Below are positions 46,977-56,396 of a stretch of DNA of 64,000 bases, piece by piece (position 1 is the stretch's first letter; each line of letters starts with the position of its first letter). Under the pieces are notes generated by a model that did no database searches, was not told the origin of the DNA, and saw nothing but the letters and a program-made list of their open reading frames with translations. Source of the stretch: Bacillota bacterium (GTDB lineage Bacteria > Bacillota > Sulfobacillia > RBS10-35 > JAJYVN01); NCBI GenBank assembly GCA_021806565.1, contig JAJZXK010000002.1, positions 17,575 through 81,574 of the forward strand. The letters are read 5' to 3'. A program made the translations under genes and the position numbers.

Positions 46977-47603
46977 GTCTTCGGACGCCGGCGCGGCACC
47001 GTCCCCACCCCCCGTGCGGCCCGCCGCCCGCAACGCGCGGTACTGCAGGACGCGGACATGATCCGGCCTCAGGTGGAGCCGGGCGGCGATTTCCTTTGCG
47101 GAGAGCCCTTCCAGAAAACGCAACACCAGGACCTCCCGGTAGCGGGATGGCAGGCGGGCCAGCACGGCGGCCAACTGGCGTCCGGCCCGCTCCCCGTCGG
47201 TCGACGCGGCCGCGTCCGGCCGGTAGGCCTCGATGCTGGCCTTCAGGGTTGCGGCCCGGCGATAGTGATCGCGCCAGTGTTCGGTGAGCGCGGTGGCCGC
47301 GGCGCGCAGCAGCCAGGCCCGCACCTCGCCCGCGCTACGGTCGGCCTCCAACCAGCGCACAGCCCGCATGAAGACCTCGCCGCAGAGGTCTTCGGTGTCC
47401 GCGGTGTTGTGCAGGCGCGCATACAGATAGCGGTAGACGGCAGGAAGATGCGCGCGGAAAGCCGCATCCAGGGCGGTGTCTTGGGGCGGTGGCGACCCGT
47501 CCGCCGGCGGGTCTTCGGGCTGCCGCCCGCGCACCCGGGCCACGGCGCGCCTCCCCCCCGCCATGTCGGCATGTCGGCGACCGCGCCAACCTTCATCCGT
47601 CAT
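46974..47603 (-). CDS. ECF (sigma-70 family) RNA polymerase sigma factor
   Basis: Region 2 reads ...AHLPAVYRYLYARLHNTADTEDLCGEVFMRAVRWL... Region 4 reads ...LPSRYREVLVLRFLEGLSAKEIAARLHLRPDHVRVLQYRALR... The start is approximate. Confidence 0.8.
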   Translation of the reverse strand: MTDEGWRGRRHADMAGGRRAVARVRGRQPEDPPADGSPPPQDTALDAAFRAHLPAVYRYLYARLHNTADTEDLCGEVFMRAVRWLEADRSAGEVRAWLLRAAATALTEHWRDHYRRAATLKASIEAYRPDAAASTDGERAGRQLAAVLARLPSRYREVLVLRFLEGLSAKEIAARLHLRPDHVRVLQYRALRAAGRTGGGDGAAPASED

Positions 47604-47722
47604 TTGGAAGTACGGCGGCGTGTAACAGCGGTGGTCGGCGGCCGCCCGGTATCCGGCCGCAGGAATCGCGGGGCGGCCGCCAAAGGTTGCAGCGTCGCTC
47701 GAGTTGCGGAGGTGTGACCCCC

Positions 47723-48538
47723 ATGCAGATCGCCTACACGACCTATTCGACCCCCGGCTGGTCGCCGGAACGGATCGCCGAACGCGCCGCCGCCCTCGGA
47801 TTCGACGCGATCGAACTGCGTACCTACGATGGCCACCCGGTGCCGGTCGATCTGAGTGCGGCACAGGTGGAGGACTTGCGCCGTACCTTCGCGGCCCGCG
47901 GGCTGGCGGTCTGCGCCCTGGGGACCTCCTGCCGTTTCGCGCCGTCCGATGAGGTCTGTGCGGCGTCGATCCGCGACGCCCGCCGCTACCTCCAGGTGGC
48001 GGCCGGCCTGGGGGCGCCCCTGATGCGCGTGTTCGGCGGCGCCTTCGACGCGCAGTCGGTCTCTGAGGCCGATGCCGAGCGGCGCGTGGCGGGCGCGCTG
48101 GCCGAACTGGCGCCCGAGGCCCGCGCGGCCGGCGTCTGCGTGGTGCTGGAGACCCACGACGGCTTTTCGGCCGGTGAACGCGTGGGGCGTGTGCTGCGGC
48201 AGGTGGGGGACGGCGCGGTCGGCGCGTGCTGGGACTGGCTGCATCCCTGCCGGGTGGGCGAGAGCCCGGAGCAGACCGCCGCAGCCCTGCAGGGTCGCGT
48301 CCGGCACGCCCACACGAAGGATGCGCGTCGGTCCGCCGACGGCAAGTGGCAGGCGGCACCCCTGGGCGAGGGGACCCTGCCTTTGGCCGGCATCCTCCAG
48401 GAGATGCTGCGCCAGGGGTATGACGGGCCGCTGTCGTTGGAGTGGGAGGGCCCGCGCGAGAAGGACGATGCTCAGCCGGTGCTGGCCGCCTATGTGCCCG
48501 CCATCCGCCGCCTGCTGGCCGCCCACGCCCCGTCCTGA
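47723..48538 (+). CDS. Sugar phosphate isomerase/epimerase (xylose-isomerase-like TIM barrel)
   Basis: MQIAYTTYSTPGWSPERIAERAAALGFDAIEL...VCVVLETHDGF...LSLEWEG carries the family motifs. The ATG at 47723 follows GGAGG. Confidence 0.75.
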   Translation: MQIAYTTYSTPGWSPERIAERAAALGFDAIELRTYDGHPVPVDLSAAQVEDLRRTFAARGLAVCALGTSCRFAPSDEVCAASIRDARRYLQVAAGLGAPLMRVFGGAFDAQSVSEADAERRVAGALAELAPEARAAGVCVVLETHDGFSAGERVGRVLRQVGDGAVGACWDWLHPCRVGESPEQTAAALQGRVRHAHTKDARRSADGKWQAAPLGEGTLPLAGILQEMLRQGYDGPLSLEWEGPREKDDAQPVLAAYVPAIRRLLAAHAPS

Positions 48539-48540
48539 GT

Positions 48541-49152
48541 TCACTCGGCCGGGGTCTGGAGGTGGCGGGGCAGGGCGGCCAGCAGCGCCAGGAGCAGCTT
48601 GAGCCCGCGCTGGATATCCGGCTCGGCGATGGCGTGGCGCAGGTTCCACAGCGAGAGCCGGCGGGTGTCGGTATCCGCCGCCCGCCCCGCGTCCCGCAGC
48701 GCCGCGCTCAGGCCGGCGAGCACTTCCAGCGTCCCGCTCTCCTGGGCGCGCAGGGCCGATTCGGACAGCGCCGTCGCCGTCCCGGCTACGCGGGCGGCGA
48801 GATTCGGCGTCGCCAGGTCCCGCACGGCCGCGACCAGCCCCGCCACCTCGGTCAGGGCGGTCCAGGTGCCGTCCTGCTGCCATTGCCGCAGCTGCTCCGC
48901 GGCCGAGGCCAGCGCCGGCAGTGTGCGGGCCAGGCGGGCGGATGCCTCATAGGACTGGGACTCGGTGAGCAGCACCGCCAGTTGGCCGAGGGACGAGGTC
49001 AGGGTCGCGACGCGCTCGACCAGCGCCGGTGTCGCCAGGTCCTCCAGGAGCGCCAGCAGGGTCGCCACGCGGTCTGCGGCCGCGGGGTCCGCCGCGGACG
49101 CGGATGCCGATGCGGATGCCTTCGCTTCAGCCGGCGCAGCGTCGGTCGACAC
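48541..49152 (-). CDS. DUF1641-family protein
   Basis: The sequence is Ala/Leu-rich and helical with periodic ...LATPALVERVATL...LATPNLAARVAG... motifs. It lies adjacent to a pyridine-nucleotide-disulfide oxidoreductase, as DUF1641 typically does. Confidence 0.5.
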   Translation of the reverse strand: MSTDAAPAEAKASASASASAADPAAADRVATLLALLEDLATPALVERVATLTSSLGQLAVLLTESQSYEASARLARTLPALASAAEQLRQWQQDGTWTALTEVAGLVAAVRDLATPNLAARVAGTATALSESALRAQESGTLEVLAGLSAALRDAGRAADTDTRRLSLWNLRHAIAEPDIQRGLKLLLALLAALPRHLQTPAE

Positions 49153-49176
49153 ACACCCACCCCCTTTCGGTTGAGG

Positions 49177-50319
49177 CTAAAGCACGCCGGCCGACGTCAG
49201 CCAGTACATGCGGTTGTACGCCAGCTTCATGTGGTGCAGCAAGGCGCTCGGTTCCTTGGGCTGCGGCGGGTTTTCGTAGTCGAAGGCGACATAGGTCGCC
49301 TTCGAGAGCCCGGTCTCGATGAAGCAGACCACCTTGCCGTCGTAGCGCGCCGACCCGTGGCCGCCCTGCAGGCGGCTGGCCAGGTTGGCGGCGATGACGT
49401 CCGCCTCGAAGTGGGCGGTCGACCCGGCCTTGCTGATGGGTAGGTTCGTCGTGTCCCCGCAGACGTAGATGTGATCGTCGCCGACCATCTGTAGCGTGTG
49501 CCGGTCGGTGGGCACCCAGCCGCCCTTGTCGCCGATGCCGGAATCGAGGATGACCTTCTGACCGCTGTGCGGGGGGATGGCGACCAGCAGGTCGTAGGGC
49601 AGGGTTGTGCCCTCGGCGCCGACGACCGTGCGCGCCTGCGGGTCGACCCGCTCGACGTTGAAGAACGTCTCGGTGCGGATGCCGCGCTGGGCCATCACCG
49701 GCTCCGCCCAGCGCGCCACCGGCTCGAGCGAATGCAGCCGGCCGATAGGGTAGGTGTAGGTGAGTTCCGTCTGGTCGCGCAGGCCGCGGCCCCGCAGCCA
49801 CTCGTCCAGCATGAAGGTGAACTCCAGCGGGGCCACGGGGCACTTGTGCGGCACCCCGACCACCAACACGACCCGGCCGCCGGTGAAGGCCAAAAGCGCG
49901 TCGCGCAGCCGCAGGGCGCCCTCCTCCGTGTAGAACCAGTGGCCGCCTTCCTGCAGGCCCGGCACCTGTTCCGGCGCCGGGCGGCTGCCGGTGGCCAGCA
50001 CGAGGTAGTCGTAGTGGACACGCCGGCCTCCGGCCAGCACGACGTCGCGCTGTTCGCGGTCGACGCGTTCGGCGCTCGCGGTGATCAGCCCGACGTGCGG
50101 GTCGAGGAGCGAGGCCTGCGGCCGCCGCCCTTCGGCGGGGTTGGCCTGGTCGAACGCCATATACAGATACAGGGGCTGATAGACGTGGTGCGCCGAGGCG
50201 GAGATCTGGGTCAACCGCACCTCGCCGGCGTCGATCTGGCCGGCCACCGCCCTGGCCAGCTGGTTGGCCACAACCGTACCGCCGACGCCGCCGCCGAGTA
50301 CCACAACCTCCTGCGCCAT
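49177..50319 (-). CDS. FAD-dependent pyridine nucleotide-disulfide oxidoreductase, sulfide:quinone oxidoreductase (SQR)-like
   Basis: MAQEVVVLGGGVGGTVVANQLA has the GxGxxG motif. ...YDYLVLATGSRP... and a second FAD motif ...IYVCGDTTN... are present, with a Cys in ...KVVCFIETG... The ATG at 50319 follows GGAGGAGG. Confidence 0.7.
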   Translation of the reverse strand: MAQEVVVLGGGVGGTVVANQLARAVAGQIDAGEVRLTQISASAHHVYQPLYLYMAFDQANPAEGRRPQASLLDPHVGLITASAERVDREQRDVVLAGGRRVHYDYLVLATGSRPAPEQVPGLQEGGHWFYTEEGALRLRDALLAFTGGRVVLVVGVPHKCPVAPLEFTFMLDEWLRGRGLRDQTELTYTYPIGRLHSLEPVARWAEPVMAQRGIRTETFFNVERVDPQARTVVGAEGTTLPYDLLVAIPPHSGQKVILDSGIGDKGGWVPTDRHTLQMVGDDHIYVCGDTTNLPISKAGSTAHFEADVIAANLASRLQGGHGSARYDGKVVCFIETGLSKATYVAFDYENPPQPKEPSALLHHMKLAYNRMYWLTSAGVL

Positions 50320-50347
50320 CGTGCCGCCTCCTCCGAGCGCCGGCGCG

Positions 50348-50563
50348 TCAGCGCATGCGGCGCACCTGGATCTTGTAGACGCCGTCGGCCGCGGTGCTTG
50401 AGACCAGTTCGTGACCGGCCCGCTGCGTCCAGGCCGGGATGTCCCGGGCGGAACCCTGGTCGGTCGACCAGACCTCAAAGAGGGTGCCGACCGGCGCCAG
50501 CCGCAGTTCTTTGATCAGTTCCATCAGCCCTCCCGGGCAGAAGGAGCCGCGGGCGTCGATCAC
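50348..50563 (-). CDS. tusA: TusA-like sulfurtransferase
   Basis: VIDARGSFCPGGLMELIKELRLAPVGTLFEVWSTDQGSARDIPAWTQRAGHELV has the CPxP motif and the two-layered TusA fold. The protein is 72 aa with a GTG start. Confidence 0.75.
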   Translation of the reverse strand: MIDARGSFCPGGLMELIKELRLAPVGTLFEVWSTDQGSARDIPAWTQRAGHELVSSTAADGVYKIQVRRMR

Positions 50564-50621
50564 GTGCGGTTCCTGGGTCTCCTGTGCCAACGGCCGGTCC
50601 CTCCCCGCCCGGAGCGGTGCA

Positions 50622-51005
50622 TCAAAAGGTGACGATGGATTGGCCCTCGGTCTCCGCCACAAAACCGGCGACGCCCAGGGAGTCGTCGAACACCGGCTCC
50701 AGGTCGGCAAGCGTCCAGCCCTCGACGTCCAGGACGAGGGCGCAGGCATACACCCGCACCCCGCCGGTCTCCCGCGCCTGCCGGAGGATCTCAAGGTAGT
50801 CGGTTCCCTTGGCCGCGACGCGGGTGGCGATCGGCCCGCTGTGGATCCGGGCGCGCACCTCCGGGCTGCGGTGGAAGCCGGACATCGCCTCCATTGAGAC
50901 GTAGACGGCGACCTCCTGGCCGTAGCTGCCGGCGACCAGGGCCATGGTCGCGGCGGCATGCAGTTTGGCCGTGTCACCCGACAGCAGCAGCAGACACATC
51001 CCCAT
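50622..51005 (-). CDS. DsrE/DsrF-like sulfur relay protein
   Basis: MGMCLLLLSGDTAKLHAAATMALVAGSYGQEVAVYVSMEAM...VRVYACALVLDVEGW is the YchN/DsrE fold with the conserved Cys. Confidence 0.65.
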   Translation of the reverse strand: MGMCLLLLSGDTAKLHAAATMALVAGSYGQEVAVYVSMEAMSGFHRSPEVRARIHSGPIATRVAAKGTDYLEILRQARETGGVRVYACALVLDVEGWTLADLEPVFDDSLGVAGFVAETEGQSIVTF

Positions 51006-51308
51006 AGCGCGCCACCCCCCGCCGCCGTGCGGACGCCGGTCCCAAACCTCCAACCCTCAGGGACAGTATCCCGCCCGGTTTCATCAGTGTCAAACCCGCC
51101 CAGCGGTGGGGGATCGCCGGATGCGCGCCGCCGGCGCCTCCCAGTATGGTGTCCAGGCCCCCCGCTGCGGTGGGCTCGGCCGTGCCGGCATCGCGCCGGC
51201 ACGGAAAATGCAATACCCTGTCTCACGATAGGGCGCTCACGATAAGGCCCCGCGGGCCGGTCGGGCCGCGGCGGCCGGGCACATCCGGCACGTTGTTGGA
51301 GGAACGCG

Positions 51309-52643
51309 ATGGCGGGGCCGTATCTCCGCTTCGATCCCGATGGCGAGCTGCGCCCGTTGGCAGAGGCGGATGCGGCCGAGTTGTTCGCCCTGACGGATCG
51401 TTCGCGCGAGCGCCTGGGGTGCTGGCTGCCCTGGGTGGATGTCGTCCGCACGCGGGAGGACAGTGCGGCGTTCATCCGCGCGGCCCAGAAACAGGCGCAG
51501 GCCGGTGAGGGCTTCCAGTTCGCCCTGCGCACCGGGGGACGGCTCGCCGGGGTGATCGGCCAGCACGGGCTGAACCGCGATCAGCGCATCATCGATTTCG
51601 GCTACTGGCTCGGGGACGGCTTCGAGGGCCGCGGGCTGGTGAGCGGCGGTTGCCGCGCGTTGCTTCGCCACACCTTCGCCACCCTGCCGGTGGAGCGGGT
51701 GCGCCTGCGGGCCGCGCCGGGCAACCTGCGCAGCCGGGCGGTCGCCGAACGCCTCGCCTTCCGCTGGGTGGGGGTGCAGCGCCGCGCCGAGCGGGTGGGA
51801 GACCGCTGGGTGGATCACTGCCACTATGAACTCTCCTTGGAGGACTGGGTGCGGTTGCAACTGCCGGCGGGCGCCGCCCCCCGTGCCGGCGCGCAGGCCG
51901 CGGTCGCGGCGACCACCGCGGTGGACGACGCCCTGGACGCGGAGATGGCCGACTACTACCAGGCCCGGGCCGAGGAATACGACGATTGGTATGAGCGGCG
52001 GGGCGCGTACGCGGCGCGACCCGGCCACCCGGAGTGGTTTGACGCCCTGGCCCGGCTGGCGACGGTGGTCTGCCGCTTCGCCCAGGGTCTGTCCCCCGGG
52101 GCGGTGGTCTGCGACCTCGGCTGCGGTACCGGCCGTTGGACGGCGATGCTGGCCGAGCGCCGCGATCTGCGGGTCGTCGGCCTGGACCGCTCGACGGCGA
52201 TGCTGGGACAGGCCCGGGCACGCCTGCGGCGGCTCGACCTCTCCGCCCGGTTGCTGGCGGGGGACGCCCTGGAGCCGCCTCTGGGCGCCGCATCCTGCCA
52301 CGCCGCCCTCTGCGGGTTCCTGTTCGACCACCTGGACGACCACCAGCGGGCACGCCTCTTGGAGGGACTGGGCCGCACGCTGCGGCCGGACGGTTGCGCC
52401 CTTTTCCTGGCGAACCGGCGCGAACCGCGCCATGTCGCCGACGTCGAGCTGCAGCAACGGGTGCTCGGCGATGGCCGCCGCTTCCGCGTGCGCAAGGCCC
52501 TGTTCGACGCCGAAGGCCTCCGGCGCGCCCTGGCCCCGCTGGGCGCCGCCACCACCGGGGAGGCGGGGGCGCCGTTCGTCTGGGCCCTGGTGCGGCGCGG
52601 TCATGGCGCGGATGCGCCGGGGCGCGTCACGGCCGCCGGCTGA
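51309..52643 (+). CDS. Fusion protein: N-terminal GNAT N-acetyltransferase (RimJ/RimL-like) plus C-terminal class I SAM-dependent methyltransferase
   Basis: GNAT motif A reads ...IGYWLGDGFEGRGLVSGGCRALLRHTF... The methyltransferase motif I reads ...VVCDLGCGTGRWTAMLAER...VVGLDRS... Confidence 0.65.
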   Translation: MAGPYLRFDPDGELRPLAEADAAELFALTDRSRERLGCWLPWVDVVRTREDSAAFIRAAQKQAQAGEGFQFALRTGGRLAGVIGQHGLNRDQRIIDFGYWLGDGFEGRGLVSGGCRALLRHTFATLPVERVRLRAAPGNLRSRAVAERLAFRWVGVQRRAERVGDRWVDHCHYELSLEDWVRLQLPAGAAPRAGAQAAVAATTAVDDALDAEMADYYQARAEEYDDWYERRGAYAARPGHPEWFDALARLATVVCRFAQGLSPGAVVCDLGCGTGRWTAMLAERRDLRVVGLDRSTAMLGQARARLRRLDLSARLLAGDALEPPLGAASCHAALCGFLFDHLDDHQRARLLEGLGRTLRPDGCALFLANRREPRHVADVELQQRVLGDGRRFRVRKALFDAEGLRRALAPLGAATTGEAGAPFVWALVRRGHGADAPGRVTAAG

Positions 52644-52670
52644 CCCGCCAGATCCCCACAGGGTGTCCGG

Positions 52671-53807
52671 TCACCCCGTGGGCCGCGGTGTAAAGCGGCC
52701 GAGGACGGCCGCGCGGCGGGCGCCGGTCGCCCGCGGCACATTGCCGGGCCGGCCGAGCAACGAACACAGGCCGAGGATGGCGAACGCCAGGGCCTCCCGC
52801 GATTCGGCCGGGACACCCCAGGCATCGGTGGGGGCGACGGGGATCGGGTGCAGCCGCCGGGTCAGGGCCGCCAGCAGCGCCGGATTGCGCGCCCCGCCCC
52901 CGCCGACCAGGACGCGGTCGGGGACCGGCAGGAAGCGGCGGTACGCGCCGGCGATGCTGGCCGCCGTGAACTCGGTCAGGGTCGCCAGCAGGTCGGCGGC
53001 CGTCCCGCGCCAGTCGGCCAGCACCTGGTCCAGCAGGGCGTCCCCGAAGGTGTCGCGCCCGGTGGAGCGCGGCGGCCGCCGCCGCAGGAAGGGATGCCGC
53101 AGCAGGTCCGCCAGCAGCGCGGGGTCCACCCTTCCGCGCAGCGCCATCTCCCCGTCGCGGTCACAACTCGCACCGGGAGGGCCGACACGGCGGACCGCCG
53201 CGTCGATGAGCATCGTCCCCGGGCCGGTGTCGAAGGCCTGGATGCCATCCGCGTCCGCTCCGGCGGGCAGGAAGGTCACGTTGGCGATGCCGCCGATGTT
53301 TTGCACGCAGCGGCTTTCCGCGGCGTCCCCGAAGAGGTGGTGGTCCGCCAGCGGCACCAGGGGCGCGCCGTGGCCGCCCGCCGCCAGGTCCGCCGCGCGG
53401 AAGTCGCTGACCACCGCCGTGTGGGTGCGCTCTGCGAGTTCCGCGGCATTGACCCATTGCAGGCTGCGCCCGGGCCGCTTCCCGCGCGGTGGCCGGTGCC
53501 AGACCGTCTGGCCGTGGCAGGCGATAAACGCGGCGGGGGTGTCCACCCCGGGCCGGCACCACTCGGAGACGGCCGCCGCATACACCTCGGCCAACGCGCC
53601 CTCGAGATCCGCGATCGCTTCCAGCCCGACTTCCCCGCGCGACTGCAGCGCCAGCAGCGCCGAGGTCAGCTCGGGCGGGTATGGCCGGTGGACGGTCTGG
53701 AGCAGGGAGAAGCGGATCCGCCCGCCCGCCGCATCGGGCTCGAGGTCCGCGAGCACGCCATCCACGCCGTCCAGGGATGTGCCCGACATCAGGCCGATGG
53801 CGCGCAT
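52671..53807 (-). CDS. anmK: Anhydro-N-acetylmuramic acid kinase
   Basis: MRAIGLMSGTSLDGVDGVLADL...CHGQTVWH...DFRAADLAAGGHGAPLVP...NIGGIAN...DTGPGTMLIDA...STGRDTF...GGGARNP...EALAFAILG are AnmK signatures. Confidence 0.9.
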   Translation of the reverse strand: MRAIGLMSGTSLDGVDGVLADLEPDAAGGRIRFSLLQTVHRPYPPELTSALLALQSRGEVGLEAIADLEGALAEVYAAAVSEWCRPGVDTPAAFIACHGQTVWHRPPRGKRPGRSLQWVNAAELAERTHTAVVSDFRAADLAAGGHGAPLVPLADHHLFGDAAESRCVQNIGGIANVTFLPAGADADGIQAFDTGPGTMLIDAAVRRVGPPGASCDRDGEMALRGRVDPALLADLLRHPFLRRRPPRSTGRDTFGDALLDQVLADWRGTAADLLATLTEFTAASIAGAYRRFLPVPDRVLVGGGGARNPALLAALTRRLHPIPVAPTDAWGVPAESREALAFAILGLCSLLGRPGNVPRATGARRAAVLGRFTPRPTG

Positions 53808-53961
53808 TCGGCATCCGTCCCTTTCCCGCGGCGCGGCCGCCGCCTGGGCCGCTTCTTGCGCGGCGTGGTTTCCCCGGGCGGTCGCCGTCCCCTTTGCCCC
53901 TTGCGCCGACGGCCGGCTCCTGCCACCCTGGCATGGCGGATGGCGGGAAGGCCGAGGCCGC

Positions 53962-54288
53962 ATGGGGGGTGTGCCGGTGCCGGATCTGCAGCGGCTCTTG
54001 ACGCGGCCGGACCTTGTGGCCCAGGCCTGCGGCGGGACCAAGACGGAGCAGCGACGCCAGCGGCGGTACGGGCAGGTGGGGGATCGTTTCACCGCCGGGG
54101 ACGGCACCTTTGAACTGGTGGCCGTCTACCTGCAGCGGCTCGGCGATATGGGCGACGCCGACGCGCGCCGGGAGGGATTCGCCGACCTTGCCGCCTACCG
54201 TGCCAGCCTGGGATCGGTGCACGGGGTCGATGTCTGGCAACCGGACGGCGAGGCGTGGGTGCACGCCTTCCGTCGGGTGGAGGGCTGA
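53962..54288 (+). CDS. Small ASCH-like domain protein
   Basis: ...RYGQVGDRFTAGDGTFELVAVYLQRLGDMGDADARREGFADLAAYRASL... fits the ASCH beta-barrel pattern. It is divergent from anmK. The rest of the long 51826-54288 ORF is rejected. Confidence 0.35.
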   Translation: MGGVPVPDLQRLLTRPDLVAQACGGTKTEQRRQRRYGQVGDRFTAGDGTFELVAVYLQRLGDMGDADARREGFADLAAYRASLGSVHGVDVWQPDGEAWVHAFRRVEG

Positions 54289-54409
54289 CGCCGTTTCCGA
54301 CCCGCGCGGCGTTCGCCGGGGCGCCGCCGACCGGGCCGCGTCCTTTCGCGGAGGAACGGCGGAGGGATGCGCGCGTGGCGGAGCCCTGACTTCTTTGACG
54401 CGGCGGGGC

Positions 54410-54595
54410 GCCATAGGCCGCGCAAAGACGCATTCGGCCCGCAGTCCGGCCGCGCTGGCCCACGCGACGAAACTGGGCGCTGTGTGCGGCCGCCTCACCG
54501 CGCGCCGTGGCGCCACACCGGCAACTGCGGCCGTTGGCCCCCGCATGCTGGTGACCGTTTACTGCCTGCTGAGGGACGGCGGCGGGAGGCAATGA
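54410..54595 (+). pseudogene. Remnant of an IS110-family transposase C-terminus
   Basis: ...AALAHATKLGAVCGRLTARRGATPATAAVGPRMLVTVYCLLRDGG* resembles the conserved C-terminal ...ARKLLVIAYAMLRDG tail of IS110/IS116 transposases. No N-terminal catalytic part is present. Confidence 0.35.
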
Positions 54596-55115
54596 CGCCC
54601 TCGGTCGTCAACCATACTTGAGCGCGCTGCCTGACCGGCTCCCGCCATCTCAGCCACCCCGCGGCACCGGTTCCACCTGTGGCGCCACTTTGTGCTTGGC
54701 CGGCCCCCGCGATCCCGGCCGCCGGGTCCCACGGTTGCCGCGCCCCTCCCCCTCCGGCCCCGCATGCGGAGGGCATGTGCCCGCGATCGGACTTCGCGCA
54801 CCGCTTCGTCGGGAACCTCGGGCTGCCGATGGCCTGGACGCGAGCGGCCGCGGCGCGGGACCGGCCGCCCGCCAGCCGGTACCGTGGTCTTCCCCACCCG
54901 GTCTGTCAGCCAGCCATCATGCGGCGCGGGGACTGCCGCGTTCTGGAAGCATGGGATCCTGCGGGTTTGCCGCATGGCACCTTCTGCTCTGAGGAGGCCT
55001 CCAGTCGTCCGGCAACCGCCCCCCGCGGCTCTTGTTCGGGGAACGATGTTCTCTTGCCGGCACGGGACATGTCGATCACCAGTGGGTCGAACGGTTGCCG
55101 CGAAGGCTTGCTTCA

Positions 55116-56102
55116 TCACGGCTCCTTGCCGCTCTGGGCATGGGCGACAGATGGGCGTGGAGCCGACGCATCTGGGTGCATCTCCAGAAACAGAGAGATC
55201 TCGCGCAGCGCGTCGGCCGAGTGGCCGACCAAAGCGTGACCGCCGCTTGGAAAGATGATGGTCCTGCCGTCGGGAACGCTGCTCGCGATATACTTCGCCC
55301 GGCTGGCCGTGCCGAACCGGTCGTCTTCGGCACTGATCGTCAGGACCGGACAGGTGATGGTCTCGATCGTGTACGGCTCCTTCGTGGCGGCAGTCTTAAG
55401 GTCAAACTGCATCCCTCCGAACCGCGAGCTCACCGGCAGGAGGTGTTCCACAATCTGCTGCACCCGTGCCTTCTCGCTGGGCTCCGCGGTGCGCACGATG
55501 GTGGCGTCTGTGCCGAGCAGCATCCGGGTCATTCCGCCAGGCATGACCGGCATCAGTTTCAAGGCTACCCAGGCGACGAAATCGGAGCTGAAGATTGCCC
55601 TGACGACGGCGCCGCCGTGGATGGATGTCCCCGCAGGCAGGTAATCGGCGGGAACGAGGAGTACCAGCGCGCGGCAGCGTTTCGGATGGCGGATGGCGAA
55701 CTGCATGGAGGACCAAGCGCCGGCAGAGATGCCGACCACAACGACCCGCTCGATGCCAAGACGGTCGAGGAGTTGAGCATAGGCATCGGCCTGCATCGCG
55801 GTCGTAAGATCACTGGGCAAGCTCGACCGTAGATAGCCGAACCGCGACGGGGCGATGAGCTGATAGCCCCGGCCGGCCAACGCGCCGCTCATGTGCAGGG
55901 CCTGATCAAAGCCACCACCCGCACCGTGAACGCTCAGCACCGGCTCGCCCTCGCCCATGACGGCGTATTCCAGCGCTCCGAGTGAAGGTTCCACCGTCTT
56001 GCTGTGGCCGATGAGGCGGGCGTGGGCCCGTGTCAGATCACGCACAAAGGCTGCGTAGACGCAGGCGAGGACTGCGAGGACAACAGGGAGGGCTCGGTAC
56101 AT
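55116..56102 (-). CDS. Alpha/beta-hydrolase fold protein
   Basis: ...VVVVGISAGAWSS... is a GxSxG nucleophile elbow and HGAGGG is an oxyanion region. There is an N-terminal TM/signal segment. The local GC is somewhat lower than the flanks. Confidence 0.7.
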   Translation of the reverse strand: MYRALPVVLAVLACVYAAFVRDLTRAHARLIGHSKTVEPSLGALEYAVMGEGEPVLSVHGAGGGFDQALHMSGALAGRGYQLIAPSRFGYLRSSLPSDLTTAMQADAYAQLLDRLGIERVVVVGISAGAWSSMQFAIRHPKRCRALVLLVPADYLPAGTSIHGGAVVRAIFSSDFVAWVALKLMPVMPGGMTRMLLGTDATIVRTAEPSEKARVQQIVEHLLPVSSRFGGMQFDLKTAATKEPYTIETITCPVLTISAEDDRFGTASRAKYIASSVPDGRTIIFPSGGHALVGHSADALREISLFLEMHPDASAPRPSVAHAQSGKEP

Positions 56103-56396
56103 GAATATCTACTCCCAGCTGCGCGCAGCTTGAGGGTCGCGTTCGTGCGTTGTGAACCCAGTTGTCTCCTTATCGGAATCCGGTCCAATCCCTGCAGCGA
56201 GGTCCGGGCTGCCCGCTCTGGCAGCGATCCGATCGGGCGGAGCCCGCCGGGGCGCCGCCAGCGGCCGGGAAGGATGCGGTCGTCATCTGCCGAACAGGCA
56301 GGGTCTGCCGTCTGTTTAGCCCCTGGCGACGGGATGCGACGCCGGTCGACGGCGCGGCTCCGGGCCGGGTGGGCGGCCGTGAGGGGAGACCGCCCG

